Positions 1-10,857 of a stretch of 64,000 nucleotides of DNA are shown in pieces; the first letter of the stretch is position 1; each line of letters starts with the position of its first letter. A model generated the notes under the pieces. That model was not told where the DNA came from. It made no database searches and worked only from the letters and a program-made list of their open reading frames with translations. Location of the stretch: positions 166,041-230,040 of the forward strand of contig NW_005201338.1 in the NCBI RefSeq assembly GCF_000372725.1, read 5' to 3'. This DNA is from Emiliania huxleyi CCMP1516 (Eukaryota). The position numbers and the translations under genes were made by a program.

Positions 1-29
1 GCTTCCACGGGCGCGCCTTCCTCGGCACC

Positions 30-1122
30 GTGGTCAGGTGGCTGCCGCCCGGCCTGCTCCCTGCGGGCGAAGCGGCGAGGCGCTCCTCGGACAGGGTGGC
101 GGCGAGTGGCGCGGCGGCGGCGGCGCGGCTGAGCGTGGACGAGGGGGCGGCTCTCTTCCGGGTGTTGCACGACGACGGCGACGTGGAGGAGCTCGAGGAG
201 TTCGAGGTGGAGGCGGCGCTGGAGGCGTTCGAGCAGAGGGCGGAGGGGGAGGGCGAGGAGGAGGAGGAGGAGGAGGAGGAGGAGGAGGAGGAAGGGGGCC
301 GCGGCGAGGGGGAGGGGGAGGGGGAGGGGGGAGGGAGGGTGGCGGGCGAGGACGATGGGGAGGAGGGCGGCGAGGAGGGGGAGGAGGGCGATGGCGGCTC
401 GCGGAAGCGTCCCCGCCCGTGGGGCGAGGAGGAGGACGCGGAGGTGGTGCGGCACGCGACGACCAAGGCGAGGGCGGTGGCGTGGAGCTCGCTCGCCGAG
501 TCGCTCGGCCGCACCAAGCTCGGCTGCCAGGCGCGGTGGCGCACCACTTCATTATTATTATTACTATTTTATTATTACGATTATTATTACTACTATGATT
601 ATCGGCTGCCAGGCGCGGTGGCGCACCCTTCATTACTATTATTACTATTACTATTATTACTATTATTATTACTATATTCTCGGCTGCCAGGCGCGGTGGC
701 GCACCCTTCGCCTCGCGCGCGGGGACGGCGACCTCGCGCTTGGCGAGGCGAGGCTGAGGCAGAGGCAGGCCAGGGCGGCGCAGCAGGCGAGGCGCAACGC
801 GACGGCGCCGCCCCCTGCACCGGCGGCGGTTGTGGCGGCGCCGCCGCCGGCTGTGGCGGCGCCGCCGCTGCCGCCGCCTACCGCGGGGAGGGGCATGGCG
901 GCGGTGCTGGCCCTGCTGAGGCGCTTCGGGATCGAGCAGTACGCTGGCGCGTTCGAGGCGACGGGGAACGACGACGTGAGCCTGCTGTACTCGCTGTCCG
1001 ACGCGGAGCTGAAGCAGGTTGCCGAGGAGGTGCAGATGAAGCCCGGCCACCTCAGCAGGTGGTGCGGCTGGATGGCCGAGCTCCGCGCGAAGCGAGCCCC
1101 GGCGCAGAGACTCCTGACGTGA
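30..1122 (+). CDS. Myb/SANT-like plus C-terminal SAM domain protein (5' end probably outside window)
   Basis: WSSLAESLGRTKLGCQARW resembles a Myb helix 2/3. Removing a GC-AG intron at 531-690 joins in frame to LLRRFGIEQYAGAFEATGNDDVSLLYSLSDAELKQVAEEVQMKPGH (SAM-like). Acidic Glu run upstream. Confidence 0.7.
521..705. repeat. Three copies of 25-bp CGGCTGCCAGGCGCGGTGGCGCACC separated by (ATT/ACT)n filler
   Basis: Copies at 521-545, 603-627 and 681-705, read directly. Confidence 0.95.
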
Positions 1123-1157
1123 AGACAGGCGTCCGGGAAGCTAGACTTAACATGGCA

Positions 1158-1282
1158 ATAAATAAATAAATAAAACGGGCACGCCAAACGAGGGGTGGGA
1201 GAAGGACAGGGGTCCCCACCTGCGCGAGCAGGATCTTGTAAGGACGATCAGGGACACAGGGGAACGGGAGCGGGGACCGCAT
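1158..1282 (-). mobile_element. 5'-truncated retroposon 3' end, family A, (TTTA)n tail
   Basis: Reverse complement matches 4885-5002 (CTGATCGTCCTT...ATCCTGCTCG.GCAGGTG.GGACCC...CCTCGTTTGG) and ends in a simple-repeat tail. Confidence 0.7.
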
Positions 1283-1384
1283 CGCGGCTTAGTTTTCTTC
1301 TTTCGCGACTTGGCCTTGGTCGTCGCTGCTCGTGTTTGACTGTCGGCGACGGCTTCTAGGATCCTGACGCGTCGTGCGTTTTGC

Positions 1385-1918
1385 ATGGCAGCCAATCCAG
1401 CGAGAGTGCACGAGATCGACCAGGCCTTATGTCGAGCCGAACAGGTCTTATGTCGAGCCGAACAACATTTTGTGAACAGCAAGGCGTTCGACGCCAAGGC
1501 GCTGTCCCACATTGTGGCCAACCTGCAATCACGCTGCCTCATGACACCAGAACTGGCGAGGTGGTTTCTCGCCGCGCCACAGGCGACACAGTTCGCATGG
1601 CCAGAATCGGTCATGCATTCTTTGGGCACACCGCCGCTGGAGCTGGAAGCTGACGAGGCTCTCGCCTTCTATTCCTCGCTGTGTTCGCCTTCGCCAGCAA
1701 AGCGTAAGGCCCGACCTTTGAGGGAGAACGCCTGGCCAGCGCCAAACGAGCCGACACGCCAGGATTTCATCACGGCGACTAAGCGAGAGCTCGCCACTAC
1801 GGCAAGAGAGGAGGATGTCTGGCAAAAGGCGGTAGACCTGCGGCTGAGCAAGGATGACTTGATCGAAGAGATGGAGCGAGAGCTAGCCGTCATGGCGGAG
1901 AGCCCCGTCGTCGCGTGA
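1385..1918 (+). CDS. Hypothetical protein, 177 aa
   Basis: ATG-initiated ORF with normal amino-acid composition and lower GC than neighbours. No recognised domain. Confidence 0.45.
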   Translation: MAANPARVHEIDQALCRAEQVLCRAEQHFVNSKAFDAKALSHIVANLQSRCLMTPELARWFLAAPQATQFAWPESVMHSLGTPPLELEADEALAFYSSLCSPSPAKRKARPLRENAWPAPNEPTRQDFITATKRELATTAREEDVWQKAVDLRLSKDDLIEEMERELAVMAESPVVA

Positions 1919-2231
1919 CACACGCGTAAGAAGACGTGTGATGTGGCGCAGAATCTTCTAGTAAGAGACTCGCTCTAGAGTGTGTAGAGACAAGAGAGCG
2001 ACGACGACACGACACCGGACCGGGATGACACGACAGTCGACACTTGTGTCTTGTGTGTGTGCGGTGGGACGTTGGGACTTGTGCGGCGTGGGGTCGCGTC
2101 GTCCTCTCGAAAATAACAAGAGCTCTCGCCGATAAAGCGATTTCCTTTCCGGTACGCGACGCGATGGCGGATGGGCATGGGGAGCGAGTCCGGGGCCCCG
2201 TGCGGCCGCAAGAGCTCCAGCTCGAAAGAGC

Positions 2232-4666
2232 TCAGGGCGGCGGGATGCCGCCGTCGGGCTCGCCGGCCGCCACCACGCCCACGGGTGCGATGCACGGCGC
2301 CACCCACTCGCCGTAGCCCTGCGCCCCCTCGACCAGCCTCCACTCCCACGCGGGCCGCAGCTGGCCGCACACCACGCTCTGCGGCGCACCCACCAGCGCA
2401 GCCGCGCCGCGCAACCGCACCCTTGCCCGCGCCGGCGGCTCGGCCCGCTCGCCCTGCCCCTCCCTGTCGCCCTGCAGGGCAAGCTCCTCGAGCAGCGTCG
2501 CCTCCCACCATGCGTCCTCCCACCACAGCTGCACCCCCTCGCCTACAGGCCAAGGCATACCGGCCCGTCACGCACGCCGCAGCCGACCCGCCCGCCGCGG
2601 CAGCTCGCCCCTCGCCCGCGCGTGTGGCGTGCAAAAAGTCGGACGGCGCACGAGGAGGCGCGGGCCGGAGGCGGTGCCACGCGACCCACTCCTGCAGCCG
2701 CTGCGCGGCGCCGTCGCGCTCTGCGAAGGCGAGGAACTCGACGAGCGCCGCGTGCGGCTGGAGCTCGAGCAGCTCGACCTAAGGTCGGCGGCGAGCCGCG
2801 TGTGCAGCAGCCGCGTGTGCGCGGGGCCGTGCTGCTGCGGCTCGACCTCCCACCACGCTCCCCGCGCCGCCGGCTGGGCGAGGCTCGCCTCGGCCGTCCT
2901 GCCCACGCTCGCCCACGGGTGGACCTCGAGGGGCGGGCCGAGGGGCGGCGCGGCGGAGGCGGCGAGCAGCTCGGCCCCTCCGGAGGGGCTGGGCGCTGTT
3001 CCCCTGCCTGCTCCCCTGCCTGCTCCCCTGCCGGCCTCGGCGAGTGGGCGCAGGGCGCGCAGCGGCGGGGGAGGGACCACCCGCCACGACCCCTCCCTCT
3101 GCATCTCCCAGTCGGGACGCACGCGCCTGCGGGGAGGCGGGGGAGGGGGGGGAGGGGGGTGGAGGGGGGGGAGGGGGGTGGAGGGCTGGCTCAAGGGCGA
3201 GGGCAGCGTGTGCAACGCGGGCCGACGGCGCGGCTGCGCGCCTCTCGTGCACGCGCAAGGCCGTGTCGGCGTTGCGGGCGAGCAAGAAGAGTGTCACCTC
3301 CCTGCTCCCCTCCCTGCTCCCCACCCTGCACCCTTCCTCCGCGGCTTCCCCCTCGGCGAGAGCTGCTCCGCCGCCCTCCCCCCCGGGCCCAGAGCCGGTG
3401 GCCGGCGGTGGGCCGAGGAGCAGCTTGTCGTCTGCGATCGCCGCCTATCCCATGAGGAGGAGCGGCTCCTTCCACGGCTCACTGCTGATGGCCGAGGAGG
3501 AGTCGGCCGTCTGCGATGGCCGCCTGCCACCAGCCGCCGTCCTGCAGCACCTGGACGGTGCCGCCGCCCGCCGCGGCCGCCAGGAAGTTGGTGGGCGCGC
3601 GCGGCGGCCGCGGCCTCGTGAAGCCCGCCGCGACCCACTCGGTGGCGCGGCTGCGGCCTTGCGGCGGCCAGCGCCACTCGCTCCCCTCCTCGTCGGGTCC
3701 GTACTCCTCGACGAAGTCCTCGTCGCCGTCGACGCAGACGCGGAAGCGGCCCTCGCCCAGCAGCTCGCGCACCTCCGCCGCCCGCCACCGCGTCGCCCCC
3801 CCCTCCTCCACCTCTACGTCCACAACCTCCCCGACCGCCGCAGCCCTCCCCTCGCCGCCCGACCTCGCCCTCTCGCCGCCGCCTCGCGGCCTCGCGCCGT
3901 CGGGCCACCGCCAGGTCTTGCCCTCGTCCCGCAGCCGCAGCTCCTCCTCCTTCGCCTCCTCGGCCGCCACCGCCACGAACCGAGCCCCGCCGAGCAGCCT
4001 CCGCACCTCGGCCACCCTCCAGCCCTCGCCGGCGCACCAGCCCGCCAGCTCGACGCGCGAGGCGAGGAGCGGCATCTGCCGCGCGCTGTACTGCGGCGGG
4101 GGCGCGCCCGCCGGCAGCAGCAGCTGCGTGTCTGCCGGGAGCCGCGTCGCCGGCCCGAGCGGCCCGAGCTCGGCGTCGAGCACGCCGTTGGCCGCGACCA
4201 GGCTGTCACACTCGAGGCCGAGCGCGGCGGCGGCGGCGCGCGGCGTCTCGTTCTCCGCGACGGCGTGGACGAGCGGCAGCGCGAGGATGGTGCGCCGCCG
4301 CAGGCGCGACGTGCTCACCAGTCCCTCGAGCCGCGAGGCGTTGAGCGCCAGGACGGCGGCCACCGGGACGCCAAAGCGGCGAGAGACCTCCTTCGGCGTG
4401 TCGTCCTCTTCGCAAAAGTAGTGCGCGGCCTCGAGCAGCGCACGCGGCGGCTCCGGCTCGGGGAGCTCGAACTCGACGTGCACCTGCCGCGAGCGCACGC
4501 CGATGGCGCGCGCGGGCACCCAGCAGCCCTCGGCGTAGATGGCCTCGAGCAGGTCGCCGACCACCGGCATGGCGGCCACCGCCGCGCGAGGCGCGGGCTT
4601 GCTCTGCTGCTGCTGCTTGGGGGGCGTGCCGCCGGCCTCCGGACGTGCGCGCTTCTCCTGGGGCAT
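2232..4666 (-). CDS. Multi-exon protein with two LysM-like repeats and several Agenet/Tudor-like domains
   Basis: LysM-like: YFCEEDDTPKEVSRRFGVPVAAVLALN...LRRRTILALP and HAVAENETPRAAAAALGLECDSLVAAN...LPADTQLLLP. Agenet-like: VGDLLEAIYAEGCWVPARAI, VGEVVDVEVEEG..RWRAAEV, VQVLQDGGWWQA, WPVGEGVQLWWEDAWWEATL...LRPAWEW. Internal exons not fully resolved. Confidence 0.7.
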
Positions 4667-4884
4667 GCCGCAAGACTGGCGGCGCCAAAAGCCAAAAGAA
4701 ATTACCGAGTCATCCGGCCCGCTGGGTGCGCTTCTTAGCTCCCCGGCCCTGGATGTGCGGTTAATGACTGCACTCCAAGTGCTCCAAGTACTTAAACATA
4801 AATCTCTTCGAGATGAGACCGCCAGTGGAGTTGGAGTCCACCGTGCACCGCGCTGCGAGCCTGTCGTGTCCCTTGTCAGGAGCA

Positions 4885-5002
4885 GGAGAGCCCCACGTGT
4901 GCCCCTGATCGTCCTTCCAAAATCCTGCTCGTGCAGGTGTGGACCCTGTCCTCCTCCCCTATCCCTCGTTTGGGTTGTCTCTTTTCTTTCTTTCTTTCTT
5001 TT
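4885..5002 (+). mobile_element. Retroposon 3' end, family A, (TTTC)n tail
   Basis: Near-identical inverted copy at 10699-10766 and a related copy at 1158-1282. Confidence 0.7.
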
Positions 5003-5004
5003 AG

Positions 5005-5072
5005 CACCGCGAGGTGGCATGAAGGTTGCAGCGAGAATCGGCGAGGGACTGCGAAGTTTTATTTCTTTCTTC
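5005..5072 (+). mobile_element. Short fragment of retroposon family B directly abutting the family A tail
   Basis: CCGCGAGGTGGCATGAAGGTTGCAGCGAGAATCGGCGAG.GACTGCGAAG matches 38591-38640. Confidence 0.75.
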
Positions 5073-5975
5073 GGCGTACCTGCGGCGCTTATGGGGGTCG
5101 TCCCCCCCCGTGCGAGCCGCCACGGTGTCGTGGCGCGCCGCGGGGTCGGGCCCTGGATCAAGGTTCAGAGCGCGAACACTGGGGGGTCCCTCTCGCATGG
5201 GGGGCTGAAGATACGTGCCACTCCTTCCGGGAGACCGGCCCTTGGATCCTCCTCACCGTTACTAGTGCTGGCTGCCCATTTGTGCAGCTAGGTGTCCCAC
5301 TAACCACCGCGGATGTCCTGCCGTGCAAAGCTCGCGGATTAGGTAAGTAGTTAGCGTCGGCTGATGGGTGCTTGTCGCGCGTGCGCGTATGTGCCCCGGG
5401 GGGGGGCGCGGGTGGTGTGTCGCCCCCCTCCTCTTGCGTTAATGAAATTGGACAACCTCTCGGCTGACTTTGCGGTTCTCGGTCCTCGAGAGGGTCAACC
5501 AGCTTCGAGACGACGACAAGAACCACGATGTCCAGCAGCTGCAGTACTCGATGATGCGCTGCCGCAGCGCGACGCCATTTGTAGTATTGTTCTGTGTGAG
5601 CGGCGGTGCCGCACAGGCCGCTCTCCCTCGCCTCGGCGGTGTGCGGGTGGTGCGGCGTGGCGCGGGCCGGGGGCGCGCGGTAGGCGTACGGGGCCGCGTG
5701 CGCGTGGCCCGCCCGTGCGTGGTGCCCCTGGCTGGGTCGGGCAGCGCATCGCGAGTGAGGCCCCGGGGTGGGGCAGGTGAGGGAGGGGGCGGGGACGGCC
5801 GGGCCCCGGTGAGCCCCGGGAGGCCCGAACACCCGTCCCCGCTGCTGTGAAAAGCACCCAACGGGCTTCTTGTCCTCGGCGACGAGGCGTGTGTGTGGCC
5901 TCGGCCGCGCGGCCGGCAGACGCTGAGCGAGGAGCCCTCAGGAGAGTCAGCGACAACGTCGCCGCGACGGCATCG

Positions 5976-7943
5976 ATGCCTGAGGAGGACGCTCCGCAGG
6001 CGCCCTCCTGGCAGGACACCAACGAGGTGGCTCGCGACCTCCACCGCGCGCTCGCCGGCCCGTCCGCGCCGCTCGTCCCTCGCTCACACACCGCCGACGA
6101 GACGAGTCTGCCGTCGCACTACCGAATCGCGCCTTCGGTCGGGACCGCGTCCGACAATGCGCAGCCTGGCGGCTTCCGGCGCGCGCACCTGAGGCTCGCG
6201 CTCGGCACGCTCCCCGAGTATGCCTCGCAGCCGCTCACTGCGCACCTCTCCTCAAAGCGCTGGGCGGTGGTGCTGCAGCTCGCCGACGGCACGGAGGTGC
6301 AGTACAAGTCGCGAGGCTACCGCCGTGGCCTCGGCCCCACCGTGCTGCACCTTCCCGACGGGTCGGCGCCTCCTCCTCCTCCTCCCTCCGTCTGCCTGCT
6401 GTGGCGGCCTCGCTCCATCTCGTACTGGCGCGCGGGCCTAGTCAGCACTGCAACCTCTCTGCCTCTCCTCCGCCTGGCCTCCTCTCGATCTCGCACCGAT
6501 GCGTGTGCCGGGCACGGCTGACCGCGGTGGCGGGCCGTGCTGCTGACTGCTGCGCCCAGTGACAGCAGGTGCTCCCTCTCCTACCTCCTCGGTGCGATCC
6601 TCTTTGTCGAGGGGTCGGTCGCGTGGATGGTGCCTGCGTGGGGGGATGCGGAGCGAGGCGCGCCGCCCGACACGGCGCACGCCCTCGTCGAGTGGCCGTA
6701 CTTTTGGGGCTCGCTGCTGGTGCGCGACGGAGCGGCCGCTGCAGCACATACGCCACAGCACACACACACGCTACGCAGACACGACAGCAGACACGCTACA
6801 GCAGACACGACAGCAGACACGCTACAGCAGACCGCTCCAACTCTCACCGCCACCACCGCACGCACACCACACCGCCGCCACACCATCGCCACACCGCCGC
6901 CACACCGCCGCCACCACAGCACCGCCGCCCGCTTCACCGCCGCGCCCCCGCCTGTCCGGCCAGTTCGGCGCCGGCTGCTACCTATCCTTTGTGGAGGTGA
7001 TCAACGCCAACCTCGAGCAGGAGGTGCTCAACGAGGAGGAGCTGCAGCGCGACGGGCTGCAGCCGCTGCAGCCGCAGCCGCAGCCGCAGCCGCCGCAGCG
7101 GGGGCGGGGGCGGGGGCAGGGGCTGGGCGAGGCGCTGCGCGAGGGCCTGCGCGAGGGCCTGCTGTGCCAGCCGAGCCTCGCCGACTCGCCGCGCCTCGCT
7201 GCCTCGCCTGGCGGCGGGAGGGAGCCTCCGCTAGTGAGGCGTGCCTCCCGCGACTTGTCGCACCAGTCGCTGCCGAGCCGAGAGGGCGGCGGGCGGCGGA
7301 GCAGCGCTGACTCGCCAGCGGGGTGCGTCGAGTGGCTCCGCTCGCTCGCCTGGTGGGAGGCGCAGCTCGGCTCGCTGCTCTGGTGGGCCGTCCTTGTCCA
7401 GCTGGTCGGAGGACTCCTCTTCGCAGTCTCGTGCGGCCCGCCCCGGCCCACCCCCTCCCCCGCCCGCAGCCCACACGCACGCAGCCCCCTTGCCCCCCGC
7501 CCCCCTCCTCGACCCGCGCCTCCCCGCCCCCGCGCCGCGCGCGCAGGTGCTACGCGGGGCTGCCCGGAGGGAGCGCCAGCCTGCCTGCCCCCGCCGGCTG
7601 GCACGCGCAGCTCTGGTGCTACGTGCCCTGCTTCGCGGGCTCCGTCTGTTTCGTCTTCGCCTCGGCCGTCTTCGTGGCGGAGGCGTCCGTCGAGCCGCGC
7701 AGCCTCGGCGCGAGCATCGCCCGCCTCAACCTCGCCGGCTCCGCCCTCTTCCTCCTCGCATCGGCCGGCTACTTCCTCGCCGAGCCACCCTCGAGCCCGC
7801 TGCCGGCGCAGGCGCGCTTCCCCGCCTCGGAGGGGCTGGTGCGCCTGCCCTTCGCGGTTGGCTCCGCCTGCTTCCTGGTGAGCGCGCTCCTCGCGCTCGC
7901 CGAGCTGCTCGTCGTGGACGCGGAGAGGACGCCGGAGCGGTGA
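5976..7943 (+). CDS. Multi-pass membrane protein (YrhK-like repeats), multi-exon
   Basis: Hydrophobic exons SYLLGAILFVEGSVAWM, WPYFWGSLL/FGAGCYLSFVEVINAN, WWAVLVQLVGGLLFAVSC, YVPCFAGSVCFVFAS, LNLAGSALFLLAS and FAVGSACFLVSALL, separated by C-rich or repeat-filled introns. Confidence 0.7.
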
Positions 7944-8186
7944 GGCGCGAGCCACTTTGCTCTTCTACCGACTACCCACGCACCCCCTGCGGCTTCTGCC
8001 GCTTGCTCGACTTGCGCTTGCTACGTGCTATGCCTTGTGGCCACAGCTATAAAGTACTCCCACTGTGCTGTTCGCGAGTAATCCTCTCCTCGCTACGTGC
8101 TATGGCCACAGCCTCTGTAGTGCTCAGTACTCCCACTGTGGTCCACTCGCGAGCAATCGCTAAAGTTGCCGTCGCTTAGGGCGGCT

Positions 8187-8300
8187 ATAAATAAATAAAA
8201 TAGAGCAGTCAACCCCCCCCGTGGGATTAGGGCAGCAACCCGACGGGCTCGGGCAGACCCCGCCCTGCTCGGAGGGCGTGCACCACCACAGCACACAGAC
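8187..8300 (-). mobile_element. Probable retroposon 3' end with (TTTA)n tail (third family)
   Basis: ATAAATAAATAAAA tail followed by a GC-rich segment, the same layout as 1158. No second copy in the window. Confidence 0.35.
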
Positions 8301-8342
8301 TTTATCTAGGCACTGCACGGCTCCTCGGGATTTCTGGGGACG

Positions 8343-8386
<44 letters not shown>

Positions 8387-8746
8387 TCAGGGTTCGTGAT
8401 TTCACATGGAAACAGCGAATCGGTTTCACTTTCACTTTCACTTCACATTTCATGTGAAACGAAATTTCACTTTTTCGAGCGAGTGTGAAGAGTCGTGTGA
8501 ACGTGATTGATGACGGATGCTCCCACCGAGTTCCGACACTCTGACACTCACTTGCACAGACAGGTGTCTCGGCTCCCAAGCAGCAGCCAAGATGAAGGAG
8601 GCTGGAGATATTGGTCTCGCTGAGCTGATGTGTACACTAGACCTATATGAATCTCATGGCATGCTGTGGGCGAATACGGTGCTGATGGTGGGATGAACTC
8701 TCTCAGCAGTCGAGAGTCGACTCTCGACGCATCGGGAGGGCGGCCG

Positions 8747-9572
8747 CGGCGGTGTAGGGGCGGCGGCGAGCTCCCGGTTGCAAATACTCGCCTTACAGTC
8801 CAAGATGGCGGCTCGCGCCCCCATCCGTGCACCGGCGTGCCACTCTAGTCCCGCCTGCCGCCCAGATACCGAGGGCGGGGCGCACTCTTCGACTTGGGCT
8901 ATTATTGCGGGGCGCACTCTTCGACTTGGGCTATTATTTGCCACCGGGAGGGCGGCGGCGGCGGTGTAGGGGCGGCGGCGAGCTCCCGGTTGCAAATACT
9001 CGCCTCACAGTCCAAGATGGCGGCTCGCGCCCCCATCCGTGCACCGGCGTGCCACTCTAGCCCCGCCTGCCGCCCAGATACCGAGGGCGGGGCGCACTCT
9101 TCGACTTGGGCTATTATTTGCCACCGGGAGGGCGGCGGCGGCGGTAGGGTCGGCGGCGAGCTCCCGGTTGCAAATACTCGCCTCACAGTCCAAGATGGCG
9201 GCTCGCGCCCCCATCCGTGCACCAGTGTGCCACTCTAGTCCCGCCTGCCGCCCAGATACCGAGGGCGGGGCGCACTCTTCGACTTGGGCCATTATTTGCC
9301 ACCGGGAGGGCGGCGGCGGCGGTGTAGGGGCGGCGGCGAGCTCCCGGTTGCAAATACTCGCCTTACAGTCCAAGATGGCGGCTCGCGCCCCCATCCGTGC
9401 ACCGGCGTGCCACTCTAGTCCCGCCTGCCGCCCAGATACCGAGGGCGGGGCGCACTCTTCGACTTGGGCCATTATTTGCCACCGGGAGGGCGGCGGCGGC
9501 GGTGTAGGGGCGGCGGCGAGCTCCCGGTTGCAAATACTCGCCTCACAGTCCAAGATGGCGGCTCGCGCCCCC
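8747..9572. repeat. Tandem ~180-bp satellite, about 4.5 copies
   Basis: GAGCTCCCGGTTGCAAATACTCGCC recurs near 8768, 8980, 9158, 9338 and 9518. The first unit carries an extra ~32-bp internal duplication. Confidence 0.95.
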
Positions 9573-9660
9573 AAGCATCCATGCTCTGATGTGTCGCTTG
9601 GGTCGCCTCTGCTGCTGTGTCTCTGTCTTAGCCAGATATCGAGAGCGCGCGACGACAACC

Positions 9661-9889
9661 AACCCCTTACCCTAATCCTAACCCTAACCCTAACCCTAAC
9701 CCTAACCCTAGCCCGAAGAACCCAAAGCATTCACCGAGAGCTCGTGTCGACAGACCGCTGATTCCTCCATTTGGTTTCGGCCCAAACCGGACCATTCTCT
9801 TAGGAGCTGCACAACGGCTTGAACGCTCTCTGACCCTAACGCCTAACCCTAACCCACACCCTAACCCTAACCCTAACCCTAATCCTAAC
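9661..9889. repeat. Two interstitial telomere-type (CCCTAA)n tracts (about 9661-9712 and 9833-9889)
   Basis: Direct reading of CCCTAA repeats with variants. Confidence 0.9.
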
Positions 9890-10453
9890 GACACGGTGCT
9901 TCTTAAGAGGTCGTGCGCGTCGCTGCCGACGCATCTCGCGTGTATGGTGTATTTGCAGTGTATTTCGGCGGGGGCGCGCATTAAAAGAACATTGAGGCAA
10001 CACTCACGTCCTCGAGCGCCCGAGGACACGAACCAAGCTGCACCTCCTCTCGCTAGAGTTATTGTGGGCTCGTTCCTTTCTACACTTCCTTGCTTTCACC
10101 GCGTTTTGATGCAGTGAGGGCAGGCCCCTGCTCTTTGAGCCTTGGGGACGACCACGGCCTTGACCACGGCCTCGCTGCAGGGAAGCAGGAACGCGCGGCA
10201 TTGGTGGCACAGAGATCCCTACCGGTGCCGGCAGTGGTAGGCGCACCGCCGCTCTCTCCGCTGTGCCGATTCCGCCGCTGCCGCCTCGACTGCTGCCGCC
10301 TCCGCCGCTGCCGCCTCGGAGATGCCAGAGCCTTCGAAAGTAGTCGAACTTGTGAAATTTTCAGTGAAACGGGGGCGGCCGAAACGTTTCATGTGAAATT
10401 CACATGAATTCACATGTGAAAGTGAAAGTGTGAAAATTCACTCACGAACCCTG

Positions 10454-10602
<149 letters not shown>

Positions 10603-10698
10603 TAGGGCGGCTCCTGTCGCCTGTCGGTATGTGCCAGCGCAAAATTCTTTTTACTTTTTGTTACCAGTGCGCGCCAGTCCCGTGCCCAGTGGGGCCCC

Positions 10699-10766
10699 AG
10701 AAAGAAAGAAAACAGACAACCCAAACGAGGGATAGGGGAGGAGGACAGGGTCCACACCTGCACGAG
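10699..10766 (-). mobile_element. Retroposon 3' end, family A
   Basis: Reverse complement of about 4929-4995. Confidence 0.75.
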
Positions 10767-10857
10767 TGCGGCCAGTGCGCCCTCGTGAAAAATTCTTTGA
10801 GGGCAGCAGCGGCCGGTGCGCCAGTCGCCGCTGGACAGCGCCCTCGCGTCGGCAACG

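Larger units (their letters stand above)
8388..10453. mobile_element. Non-autonomous hAT-like DNA transposon
   Basis: Perfect 12-bp TIRs CAGGGTTCGTGA (8388-8399) / TCACGAACCCTG (10442-10453). GCGTGCGT on both flanks (8-bp TSD-like, within a (CGTG)n tract). TTTCAC/GTGAAA subterminal repeat clusters at both ends. No transposase. Confidence 0.8.

Noticed and set aside
521..705. CRISPR-like look (25-bp repeats with spacers)
   Set aside because: The spacers are AT microsatellite, the repeat is coding sequence spanning a splice site, the context is eukaryotic and there are no cas genes.
5165..5349. U1 snRNA on the minus strand (TACTTACCT, TTGCAC, GTTCGCGCT)
   Set aside because: Motif spacing is wrong and there is no U1-70K loop or Sm site. 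ACTTACCT is simply the complement of a donor site.
8747..9572. CRISPR or guide array; YY1 site CAAGATGGCGGC
   Set aside because: The units are near-identical along their whole length with no variable spacers. The YY1 match has no support in this lineage and is easily a chance hit in GC-rich DNA.
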